From an uncultured Holophagae bacterium (lineage in GTDB: Bacteria > Acidobacteriota > Thermoanaerobaculia > Thermoanaerobaculales > Sulfomarinibacteraceae), in the NCBI GenBank assembly GCA_963797055.1, contig CAWCOD010000002.1:491598-555597 (forward strand): 64,000 nt of DNA, in the 5' to 3' direction. The position numbers and the translations under genes were made by a program. Below the pieces are notes generated by a model. The model searched no databases, was not told where the DNA came from, and saw only the letters and a list, made by a program, of their open reading frames with translations. Positions 55,211 to 63,811 of this stretch are shown piece after piece. Position 1 is the stretch's first letter; each line of letters begins with the position of its first letter.

Positions 55211-56192
55211 TCAACGCCCTCCCGGCTTCGCACCGACGATGAGCCATTTGTGGCGGCTGAGATCGGTTCGGGTGAGGTCGGTCAAGCCGGCGTCGCTCAT
55301 CCATGAGCGGATCGTGGACTCTGTGTAGGTGTCTCCGAAGGAGCGCATGTTGATAGCAAAAAGAGTGCCGAAGAGGTTCTCGCGTTGCTGCTCGTCGATC
55401 CGGAAGTCCACAACCGCGAGCCGACCGCCCGGGGCGAGCGCTTCGGCCGAACGCCGAACCATCTCGGCCGCCCGGAGGTGGCCTCTCCTGGTGCAACACG
55501 TTGGCGATCAACACCAGGTCGTAACCGTTGCCGTAGTCGGTGGTCAGGTAGTCGCCCCCGAGAAAGGAGATCCTGCTCCTCGAAGGCCGACCCCTCGAGT
55601 TCGAGCGCGGCCAAGGCGGGTGACGGCCGGGGTGTCGAGCACCGTGGCGTGAAGTCGAGGGTTTTCTGACGCACAGGGCTATGGAGTACTGGCCGAACCC
55701 GCCGCCCACATCGAGCATGGAGGACACTCCAGTGGTGTCGATGGCTGATGCCGTCCGCCTGGCAATCTCTGCGCCGATGGCTCGCATGGCGGCTCCGAAA
55801 CGGCGCGCGCTTTCGGGGTCCCTCGCCCCCGACTGCCACGGTTCGCCGTGCAGCCACGGCTCGAGGTTCCGACCCCAGCCGTCGTACATGTCGTGGGAAT
55901 GCTCGAAAAACGGCGTGATGTCGTTTGGTCCTGCGGTGAAGTGGGGCGCGAGTCCGCCCACGACGCTGTAGGTGTCGCCGTCCGCGGTGAGGAGCCCCAT
56001 GGCGTGAAGGGATCGGATCAGTTTTCCGGTCGCGTAGGGGTCGAGCTTCAGGTCATCTGCCACCCGATCAGGTGTCGTGGCGGATTCGGCGAGCCGGCGC
56101 AGAATGCCCACCCGGCCGGCCACCGTCACCACGCGGTGTTGCGCAAAGGTCCACAAGAGGTCCTGAAGATCTTCGACGGTCATTTCCGCCAT
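55211..56192 (-). pseudogene. O-methyltransferase (class I SAM-dependent), multiply frameshifted
   Basis: The N-terminal dimerisation/wHTH region and motif I LDVGGGFGQYS are in ORF 54981..56192. ENPRLHATVLDTPAV reads in a second frame. ISFLGGDYL ... LVLIANVLHQE is back in the first frame. The C-terminus (RLAVVDFRIDEQ ... KWLIVGAKPGGR) is in ORF 55211..55462. Confidence 0.75.
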
Positions 56193-56284
56193 CGCTTTTA
56201 CCTCCGTCCGGTCATATGGTTCACACTACCATCGACCGGTTCGGCGAGCTTTTTCCGCCGGAGCGCCATGTGATGGCGCGATGA

Positions 56285-56400
56285 TCGGAGGTGCCTGGCA
56301 TCCCGATTCGCCAAGGTCGAAAATAGTACCTTCTCGTTGAGCCGAATCGGCGTGCCTGGCAGCCTCACGGGGAGTCCGCTGAGAATTGGGGCGCGACGAA
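56285..56400 (+). repeat. Dispersed repeat family B, copy 8
   Basis: Core stems with a unique AT-richer loop (AAGGTCGAAAATAGTACCTTCTCGTTGAGCC). Confidence 0.85.
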
Positions 56401-56435
56401 GCCGCCAAGGCGTCAATGACCGAACATCCGTCCCC

Positions 56436-56645
56436 TCAGCGCGCCCCTCTCCCCGCAGCGCTCCCCGAGGTTGCCACCCTCGCATTCCGATCTCCATGTC
56501 GGTGCCAGGCACCGCCGCAGATGTAGCGACCTCGTGCTCCGATTCGATTTCGACGGTGCCTGGCACCGGCCCGCGCGTATTGGATGCGCTCCAGAACAGC
56601 ACGCCCGCCCATCGCGCCCTCCTCCGATCCGGGTGGGCGGGGGAA
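56436..56645 (-). repeat. Dispersed repeat family A, copy 5 (inverted)
   Basis: Near-identical to 49340..49530 over about 190 nt. Arms at 56501..56513 and 56555..56567. Confidence 0.9.
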
Positions 56646-56712
56646 TCTGCAATCTGCAATCTGCAATCTGCAATCTGCAATCTGCAATTCGCAATTCGCA
56701 ATTCGTAATTCG
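56629..56712. repeat. CCGGGTGGGCGGGGG plus the longest array (AATCTGC x5, then AATTCGC/AATTCGT x4)
   Basis: Box at 56629..56643; about 68 nt of 7-mer repeats, ending about 18 nt from the stop of the EAL gene. Confidence 0.92.
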
Positions 56713-56729
56713 TGTGTGGGTGAGAGGGG

Positions 56730-58916
56730 TTACGCCAACCCGGCGTCCTGGAGCGAACGGTGCATGGACGCGACGCGGTCGTGGAGCTGGCGGTAGAGCA
56801 TCATCACCGACGGGTACTCCCGCTCGCCGAGAAAGAACGCGAGGCTGTCTCCATCGGCGTGGAGACATCGGTAGGCGTCAATGATGGAGGTGGCTGAGTC
56901 CTTGGGTAGGAGGGGCACGATCCTCTCACTGAGCCACTCGACGGCGTCGTCCACCGCCGCCGAGGGCCGAGGAGCGTCATCGTGGTGGTCGAGCCGCACC
57001 GCCTCCACCAGCCCCCGGACCCAGTCCAGTGAGGGCGCCCTGGCGGTGTTGAGTGCCGCGCACACGCGGTCCAGTGTCGCGCCGAGATCCAGCTCCTCCT
57101 CGGCGACGACGCCGTCGAGATAGCCTCGAGCGAGGAGGTTTCGGAGCTGTTTGAAGAACAGTGAGCTGCGAAAGACGAGTTCGTTCTTGTCGCCGACCTG
57201 GGAGAGCACCGCCAGGAGTTCCTCGTTGAGGATTTCCGCACCCTTCATGAAGCTCGGAAACGGCACGCCGATGGTGTGGTGGAAGTGACCGAGTGCGATG
57301 TATCGCTCCCGCAACTGGTCCTCGTCGTCGGACATGGACTCGATGAAGCTGGCGCGCTGGCGCTCCACGAGGTTGCGGATCTGCTCTGAATCCCGAAAGA
57401 AGGAGCGGAAGTGGTCGTTGGAGAGTATGCGGTCGTAAAAGGCGTTGAATGCCTTGTCCAGATAGGGGGTGATCTGTTCCAGTGCAGGTCGATTGAAGGC
57501 TGGTGTAGGCAGGGTCTGGGGACGCTCCCGGTACCCCTCCACCAGCCCGGGCAGCGACAGCGGCATATCAAAAAGCCGGCCCTGACCGAGGTCGACGCCG
57601 ATGGTCCGGAGTCGCTCCAGTACCCCCTCTGATTCCACGTGCTCGGCAACAACTTTGAGGTCCAGACTCTTCGCGAGGTTCGCGATCGCCAATACGACCT
57701 TGTACGCCTCAGGGGAGTGCTCGATCTCTCGGACCAGCGAGCCATCGAGCTTGAGGTGCGAAATCACCTTTGACACCGCCAAATCGGACACCGTCTTGAG
57801 GGATGAATACCCGGTGCCGAAGTCGTCCACAGCAAACTTTATGTCGTGTTGGGTGTGGAGCTCCTGGATGATGTCGAGGTGTTCGACGATCGCCTGCTCG
57901 GTCAACTCGAGAACCACGACCATGCCGAGACCCTCGCCGCGCAGCCGGTTCATCGTCGTACTCATGAGATCACGAAAATCAGCCGACAGCAGGGACACAG
58001 GAGAGACGTTGATGAAGAGGTGGCCGGTGACCCCAACGACCTCCTGGGCGGCATCGTTCAATCGGGCGAAGACCTGCGAATCCAGCTCGACGATCTCGCC
58101 GAGTTGATAGACCGAATCGATGAATTCGGTGGCCGTCATCAGTCCGTCGTCGGTTCGGATCCTGGCGAGGACCTCGACGTTGTACAGATTGCGGGTCGCC
58201 AGCTCGATGACCGGTTGGAAATGGACCTCCACAGCGCCTCGGCGCAGGGCATCCATGATCCGACCCGCCTTGGCTTCGCGCTGACGCACCGAGGTGCGCC
58301 ACTGCCGGTGGTCCATGTCCCCGCGCAGAATGACCGGCTCCAGATGGGACGGGCGAGTCCTGAGCTGGGAGTATCCGAGGATCTTGAGCACCTCGGTGGC
58401 GTCGAGGTCGTCATCCCCGGGCACCTCCAGCGAGACCATGGCCACCCGGGGGGCCACCGATCTGCGGTGACGGTTGAGGGCCACCGAGTTGCAGGCTCGT
58501 TGCAGGCGGTGGACGATCTCGGACATGGTCTGGGAGTCCGAACTGCCGTGAAGGATGACGAACTGTGCTCCCGCGATCTGGGCGATCCGTGCGTCGGGAT
58601 CCAACCCCCGGAGCACGACCTCGGTTGTGGCCTGGATCAACTCCTGGAGCACGTCGCCGATGTCGAATCCGTAGATCTGGTTCACCACGGCCAGGTTGGT
58701 CAGAATGCCGGCGGTTACCGTGAGACCCTCGGTGCCGATCCGTCGGTCGAGGGAATCCATCAGCTCGGCCTTCCCGGTCACCATCCGATGACCCTCGGAA
58801 CCGAGCTTCCTGAGGTTTTGAGGGCTCGCGAAACCCTTCTCCACGAGCTCGAGCAGCGCGAGCCGAACCGGCTCGCTCAGACCCGTCCTCGGCATCGAAG
58901 AATGGGCTTCAGTCAT
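56730..58916 (-). CDS. Degenerate GGDEF / EAL phosphodiesterase with C-terminal globin-coupled-sensor-like domain
   Basis: ORF 56730..59402; ATG 58916 (MTEAHSSMPR). The GGDEF position reads GAQFV. EAL domain motifs: EVLARI, DDFGTGYSSLK, KLDGSLV, GQGRLF. Then a protoglobin-like segment (FYDRILSNDHFRSFF ... RYIALGHFHHTIGVPF). Confidence 0.8.
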   Translation of the reverse strand: MTEAHSSMPRTGLSEPVRLALLELVEKGFASPQNLRKLGSEGHRMVTGKAELMDSLDRRIGTEGLTVTAGILTNLAVVNQIYGFDIGDVLQELIQATTEVVLRGLDPDARIAQIAGAQFVILHGSSDSQTMSEIVHRLQRACNSVALNRHRRSVAPRVAMVSLEVPGDDDLDATEVLKILGYSQLRTRPSHLEPVILRGDMDHRQWRTSVRQREAKAGRIMDALRRGAVEVHFQPVIELATRNLYNVEVLARIRTDDGLMTATEFIDSVYQLGEIVELDSQVFARLNDAAQEVVGVTGHLFINVSPVSLLSADFRDLMSTTMNRLRGEGLGMVVVLELTEQAIVEHLDIIQELHTQHDIKFAVDDFGTGYSSLKTVSDLAVSKVISHLKLDGSLVREIEHSPEAYKVVLAIANLAKSLDLKVVAEHVESEGVLERLRTIGVDLGQGRLFDMPLSLPGLVEGYRERPQTLPTPAFNRPALEQITPYLDKAFNAFYDRILSNDHFRSFFRDSEQIRNLVERQRASFIESMSDDEDQLRERYIALGHFHHTIGVPFPSFMKGAEILNEELLAVLSQVGDKNELVFRSSLFFKQLRNLLARGYLDGVVAEEELDLGATLDRVCAALNTARAPSLDWVRGLVEAVRLDHHDDAPRPSAAVDDAVEWLSERIVPLLPKDSATSIIDAYRCLHADGDSLAFFLGEREYPSVMMLYRQLHDRVASMHRSLQDAGLA

Positions 58917-59006
58917 GACATATTCAATGTACCCGACGGGCTGGAAAACGATGGCGCCGCCGTGTGGCGGGCCATACACGAGGGTGTTTTCTTGGGGTCG
59001 AACGTG

Positions 59007-59330
59007 ATGGTCGGTACAATTCGTGCCATGCAGCGGGCCGGAACACGACGGGAGCAGATCACCACGCGATTGCGAGAGTCGGTGGTCGACTTCCAACAGC
59101 TTCGGCTTGATTTCGAGCTGACGGTCAGCGCCTTGGAGGAAGACCTGCGCCACGTGGAGCGGAGCGTGCGGCCCCGCGGCGAAAGGCTCGAGATCGAACC
59201 CGCGCGGTGCATCGCCTGCGATTTCCGGTTCACCAAACGCGCGCTGCACCCGCCGGGCCGTTGTCCTCAGTGCCGCGAGCACCGCAGTTGCCGGGCCCTG
59301 GTTTCGTGTCCGGTGAGCTTCGCACTCTGA
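59007..59330 (+). CDS. Hypothetical coiled-coil / zinc-ribbon protein
   Basis: The terminal 107 codons of ORF 57846..59330 lie outside the antisense EAL gene. CIAC-X13-CPQC zinc-ribbon pattern after a helical segment. The start is uncertain (ATG 59007 or 59028). Confidence 0.4.
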   Translation: MVGTIRAMQRAGTRREQITTRLRESVVDFQQLRLDFELTVSALEEDLRHVERSVRPRGERLEIEPARCIACDFRFTKRALHPPGRCPQCREHRSCRALVSCPVSFAL

Positions 59331-59829
59331 GGCGAGGCCACGTCCATCGTGAGTCGTTTCCCATATACCTGGAGGAAGGACTGGTGCGGGCGGGAGTGTC
59401 AATGGGGGAGGAGGAGCTGGGGGCTCGGATGGAAAAGTCGAGATGCGAAATTCGAATTCTCCCGCTCGGGCCGTTGGGGAGAGTGTGGCCTCGTGTCAGG
59501 TCCAGGAACGAAGATCGAAGAATGAAGACCTCGGGCTCCTGAATCGAAACGAGAAAACCCACTCGACCATATCGACCGCCAATTTCTCATTTCCCATTTC
59601 CCCGTGCGGCCTGCCCAACCGGAGTGGCCGTGTGGTGCCGAAATGCGGGAATTCGCGTGGCACGCTCGGGTTGTTTATTAGGGAGTCCCGACCCGAATAC
59701 GTGATCGAGAGCATCGAGTCTGAAGAAATCGACGACTGGACACTGGCGCGGCGACATCCGGCGAGTAAGAATCTCCCGGGTGCTTTATGTGGATGGGCGT
59801 GCGCCTGCGCCGCGCCTGGAGTTTGTCCC

Positions 59830-60696
59830 ATGAGCCTCGCCGCGGGAGCAACGATCGGCCAGTACACGATCGTTAGGTCGCTCGGCTCGGGCGGCATGGG
59901 CGAGGTCTTCCGAGCCCAGGACGGACGGCTCGACCGTGAGGTCGCACTCAAGGTCCTGCCGAGAGAGTTCGCCAGCGACGACGAGCGGATGAGCCGTTTC
60001 GTGCGCGAAGCGAAGTCGGCGTCGGCTCTCAACCACCCGAACATTCTGACGATCTACGAAATCGGTGAAGCGAGCGGGTACCACTATCTGGCGACCGAAC
60101 TCGTTGTCGGGCGAACGCTGCGCGAGGTCATCGGGTCCGGCCCGTTGCCGGTGGGAGATTGCGTTGAGATCGCGGCGCAGGTCGCCGCAGCCCTCGCCGC
60201 CGCCCACGACGCCGGCATTGTCCACCGCGACATCAAGCCCGAGAACCTCATGGTCCGGGACGACGGCCTGGTCAAGGTGCTCGACTTCGGTCTTGCCAAG
60301 TGGCGCGACCCCCAGGCGACCGATGTCTTCGATTCGGAGGGACTGACGCTCGACACGCCTCACACCCGACCCGGCATGCTGCTCGGCACGGTTGCCTACA
60401 TGTCACCCGAACAGTCGCGCGGCAAACCGGTCGACGGGCGTACCGATCTGTGGAGCCTGGGCGTCGTGCTGTACGAGATGCTGACCGGCCGCCAGCCGTT
60501 CGAGGGAGATTCGTCGATCGATGTGCTCGCCGACATCCTCCGCCGTGACCCGCCGCCGCTCACCCTTCGTCGCGAGGAGGCTCCAGCCGAGCTCGCCGCC
60601 TTGGTCGGCTGGCTGCTTGCCAAGCGCCCCGCCGATCGTCCGGCATCAGCGCGCGAGCTCCGCTTGCGGCTCGAGGAGGCCCGAGACACGACTTGA
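59830..60696 (+). CDS. Serine/threonine protein kinase (catalytic domain)
   Basis: ORF 59443..60696; ATG 59830. GSGGMGEVFRA, VALKVL, HRDIKPENLMV, DFGLAK and AYMSPEQ. Confidence 0.88.
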   Translation: MSLAAGATIGQYTIVRSLGSGGMGEVFRAQDGRLDREVALKVLPREFASDDERMSRFVREAKSASALNHPNILTIYEIGEASGYHYLATELVVGRTLREVIGSGPLPVGDCVEIAAQVAAALAAAHDAGIVHRDIKPENLMVRDDGLVKVLDFGLAKWRDPQATDVFDSEGLTLDTPHTRPGMLLGTVAYMSPEQSRGKPVDGRTDLWSLGVVLYEMLTGRQPFEGDSSIDVLADILRRDPPPLTLRREEAPAELAALVGWLLAKRPADRPASARELRLRLEEARDTT

Positions 60697-60745
60697 CATT
60701 CCGGCCGCGCTCGAGCGCCCGTTGTCCGCCGCCGGGTCCTTATCC

Positions 60746-62167
60746 GTGCCGCCGCTCCACTCGAGCAGCTCGCACTCGGGCGTCCGCCACGCGATCGCAG
60801 TGCTGCCGTTCCGAAACCTGAGTACGGACCCCGAAAATGAGTACTTCTGCGACGGACTGGCGGAGGAGCTGCTCAACGCGCTGGCGAAGGTTGACGGATT
60901 ACGGGTGGCGGCACGTACCTCCGCCTTCGCCTTCAAAGGCAAGGAGGACAGCCTCAGCGAGATCGGCCGCGCGCTCGGCGTCACGACGGTCCTCGAAGGG
61001 AGCGTCCGCACATCGGGCAACCGCATGCGCATCGCGGTCCAGCTCGCCAACGCCGCTGACGGTTTCCACGTTTGGTCGGAGCGCTACGACCGGGAGATGA
61101 CCGACATCTTCGACGTTCAGGATGAGATCACCCTGTCGGTGGTGGATGCGCTCAAGATCAGGCTATTCGGCGATGAGAGGGTGGCGGCGCTGAAGCGCGG
61201 CACCGAGGACGCCGAGGCCTACCAGCTCTACCTCAAGGGCAGATATAAATGGAACCAGCGAACCGCGGCGTCACTGCGTGAGGCGGTCGAATTCTACCGA
61301 CGGGCGATCGCGCAGGACCCCGGATACGCGCTCGCATACGCCGGCCTCGCTGAGGCCTACGTACTGTTCGGGTGGCTGAGCGTCGGGCCTCCGCGTGAGA
61401 GCATGCCGCTGGCGCGGGCGGCGGCCCTCAGGGCGCTCGAACTCGATGACACCCTGGCCGAGGCGCACGCGGCGCTCGGGGTCTACCTCTCGTTCTTCGC
61501 CTGGGACCAACCCGCCTCGGAACGCGCCCTCCGCCGTGCGATCGAGCTCGAGCGGAGCTTTGCGACGGCGCACCACTGGCTAGGAAACATCCCGCTGCTC
61601 GCCATGGGACGCTGGGACGAGTCGCTCACCTCGATTCGGAGGGCCGCGGAGCTCGATCCCCTGTCGCCGAGCATCGCCTCGGACCTCGGCGTCACGCTCC
61701 TGTTCGCGCGCCGCTATGACGCGGCGATCTCGCAGTTTGAGATCACCCTGGGTCTGGATCCCGAGTTCTACGTCGCTCGTTACCACCTCGGGCAGGCCCT
61801 GCACTCGAGCGGTCACCCCGAGCTGGCCGTCACCGAGTATGAATGTTGCCGCGACTCCACCACAGACCCCTGGGTCCAGGCCCTGCTCGGCCGTTCGCTC
61901 GCCGCCGCAGGCCATCGCGACGAGGCGGTCCGCCACCGCGACGAGTTGCTTAAGGATGCGACCCGGCGCTACGTCCCCAACGTCGCCCTGGCGATCGCCC
62001 ACGCCGGGTTGGGTGAAAAAGACGAAGCTTTCCACTGGCTCCAACAAGACCTCACCGAACGTTCTCTCTACCCGCCCTTCTACGCCGTCGACCCGGTCTT
62101 CGACGAGCTGCGCGACGACCCCCGTTTCGACGAGCTCGTGCGCCGCGTCGACCAGGCGAGGCTCTGA
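60746..62167 (+). CDS. TolB-N-like / TPR repeat protein, probably the detached C-terminal part of the kinase
   Basis: ORF 60521..62167. Domain sequence begins at IAVLPFRNLSTDPENEYFCDGLAEELLNAL, followed by TPR repeats. There is no convincing start or RBS; GTG 60746 is a guess. Confidence 0.7.
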   Translation: MPPLHSSSSHSGVRHAIAVLPFRNLSTDPENEYFCDGLAEELLNALAKVDGLRVAARTSAFAFKGKEDSLSEIGRALGVTTVLEGSVRTSGNRMRIAVQLANAADGFHVWSERYDREMTDIFDVQDEITLSVVDALKIRLFGDERVAALKRGTEDAEAYQLYLKGRYKWNQRTAASLREAVEFYRRAIAQDPGYALAYAGLAEAYVLFGWLSVGPPRESMPLARAAALRALELDDTLAEAHAALGVYLSFFAWDQPASERALRRAIELERSFATAHHWLGNIPLLAMGRWDESLTSIRRAAELDPLSPSIASDLGVTLLFARRYDAAISQFEITLGLDPEFYVARYHLGQALHSSGHPELAVTEYECCRDSTTDPWVQALLGRSLAAAGHRDEAVRHRDELLKDATRRYVPNVALAIAHAGLGEKDEAFHWLQQDLTERSLYPPFYAVDPVFDELRDDPRFDELVRRVDQARL

Positions 62168-62188
62168 TTGCCGGTGAAGGAGAGCCTG

Positions 62189-62311
62189 ATGATTCCCAAG
62201 AACCGCGTTCCGACACATCCTGGAGAGATCCTCCTCAAGGAGTTTTTGATCCCCTTGGGATTCTGCCACGTCAAGTTTGCCGCCCCCATGGGCAGGGGCT
62301 GGGTCGCTTAA
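62189..62311 (+). pseudogene. HigA-type antitoxin N-terminal remnant
   Basis: 40-codon ORF after a strong RBS (GAAGGAGAG). MIPKNRVPTHPGEILLKEFLIPLG matches the HigA/VapI N-terminus. It ends where a tandem AATTCGA repeat begins. No HigB is nearby. Confidence 0.4.
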
Positions 62312-62332
62312 TTCGAAATTCGAAACCCGGAA

Positions 62333-63811
62333 CTACTCGTCGTCGGGTCTCCACCGCACCTTGAGGTTGCGGGCGGCACGGACCTCGTCCACGCGCCGGA
62401 CCGGGGTGTCGTGGGGCGCGGTCTTGACCAGGGACGGCTGTTCCTGAGCTTCCCGGGCGATGGCCAGCATGGCGTCGCAGAAGGCCTCCACCTCCTCCGG
62501 CGGCACGCTCTCGGCGGGCTCGATCATGAGCGCGCCGTGGACGATCAGCGGGAACGACATGGTGGGCGGATGAAAGCCGTAATCCAACAATCGCTTGGCG
62601 ATGTCGGTGTTGTGGACCTCGTTTTGAACCTGGATCGAGTCGTCGAAGACCACCTCGTGCATCGAGGGCGACTGGTACTTGAGATGGTAGCTCTCGGCCA
62701 GTCGATGACGCACCAGGTTGGCGTAGAGCACGGCCACATCGGACATCTCGCGCAGACCGTCGGCACCGAGGCTCTTGATGTAGGTGAGGGCGCGGACCAG
62801 GATCAGGAAGCTGCCGGCGAAGCCGCGCATGGCGCCGATGGAGGCTTCGTCCTGCCACAGCATCCTGAATTGGTCGCCGTCCCTGATGACTCTCGGCACC
62901 GGGAGGTGCGGCAGGAGAGCCGGGGAGACCGCCACCGGCCCGGCACCGGGACCTCCGCCGCCGTGGGGGGTGGAGAAGGTCTTGTGGAGGTTGATGTGCA
63001 TGGCGTCGGCGCCCATCAGGCCGGGCAGGGCACGGCCCACGAATGCGTTGAGGTTGGCGCCGTCCAAGTAGATGAAGCCGCCGCGGCCGTGGACCAGCTC
63101 CGAGATTTCCAGGATTTTGTGCTCGAAGACTCCGAGCGTGTTGGGAACCGTCAGCATGACAGCCGCCACCTGATCGGTCATCAATCGATCGAGGGCCTCC
63201 ATATCCACGGTGCCGTCGTCGGCCGACGGGATTTCCACGGCGTCGTAGCCGGCAAAGGCAGCTGTGGCCGGGTTGGTGCCATGGGCCGAGTCGGGGGCCA
63301 GGACGATGCGGCGAGACTCTCCCCGCGCCTCGAGGGCTTTCCGGATCATCAGGATGCCGGTGAGTTCACCGTGGGCGCCGGCCGCGGGCTGCAGGGTGAC
63401 ACCGGCCATGCCCGTGATCGTCTTCAGCGCCTCTTCGAGCTCCCACAAAAGGCGCAGGGCGCCCTGAACTTGATCATCGGATTGGAGCGGGTGGATGTCC
63501 GCAAAGCCCGGAAAACGGGCGGTCCGTTCGTTGATCCTGGGGTTGTACTTCATGGTGCACGAGCCCAGCGGATAAAGCCCCTCGTCCACGGCGTAGTTGA
63601 GTTGGCTCAGCCGGTGGAAATGCTGCACCACTTCGAGCTCACCCAGGTCCGGGATGTCCTTGTCTGGCTGCCTGAGGAGCTCGGCGGGCAGAATGTCGGA
63701 CGGATCGACGTCGGGAACATCCATGACGGGAAGCAGATGTCCTTGACGTTTGGTCCGGCCCTGATTCCGCTCGAAGAACAAGGGCTCGTTGCGGAGGGCT
63801 CGGCGTCTCAT
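62333..63811 (-). CDS. gcvPB: Glycine dehydrogenase (aminomethyl-transferring) subunit 2
   Basis: 492-aa ORF. PLP-lysine region INLHKTFSTPHGGGGPGAGP, and the typical N-terminus EPLFFERNQGR. Confidence 0.95.
   Translation of the reverse strand: MRRRALRNEPLFFERNQGRTKRQGHLLPVMDVPDVDPSDILPAELLRQPDKDIPDLGELEVVQHFHRLSQLNYAVDEGLYPLGSCTMKYNPRINERTARFPGFADIHPLQSDDQVQGALRLLWELEEALKTITGMAGVTLQPAAGAHGELTGILMIRKALEARGESRRIVLAPDSAHGTNPATAAFAGYDAVEIPSADDGTVDMEALDRLMTDQVAAVMLTVPNTLGVFEHKILEISELVHGRGGFIYLDGANLNAFVGRALPGLMGADAMHINLHKTFSTPHGGGGPGAGPVAVSPALLPHLPVPRVIRDGDQFRMLWQDEASIGAMRGFAGSFLILVRALTYIKSLGADGLREMSDVAVLYANLVRHRLAESYHLKYQSPSMHEVVFDDSIQVQNEVHNTDIAKRLLDYGFHPPTMSFPLIVHGALMIEPAESVPPEEVEAFCDAMLAIAREAQEQPSLVKTAPHDTPVRRVDEVRAARNLKVRWRPDDE

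Noticed and set aside
56629-56712. The tandem arrays as CRISPR arrays.
   Set aside because: The period is only 6-8 nt, there are no unique spacers, the arrays hold 3-9 units, and no cas genes are in the window.
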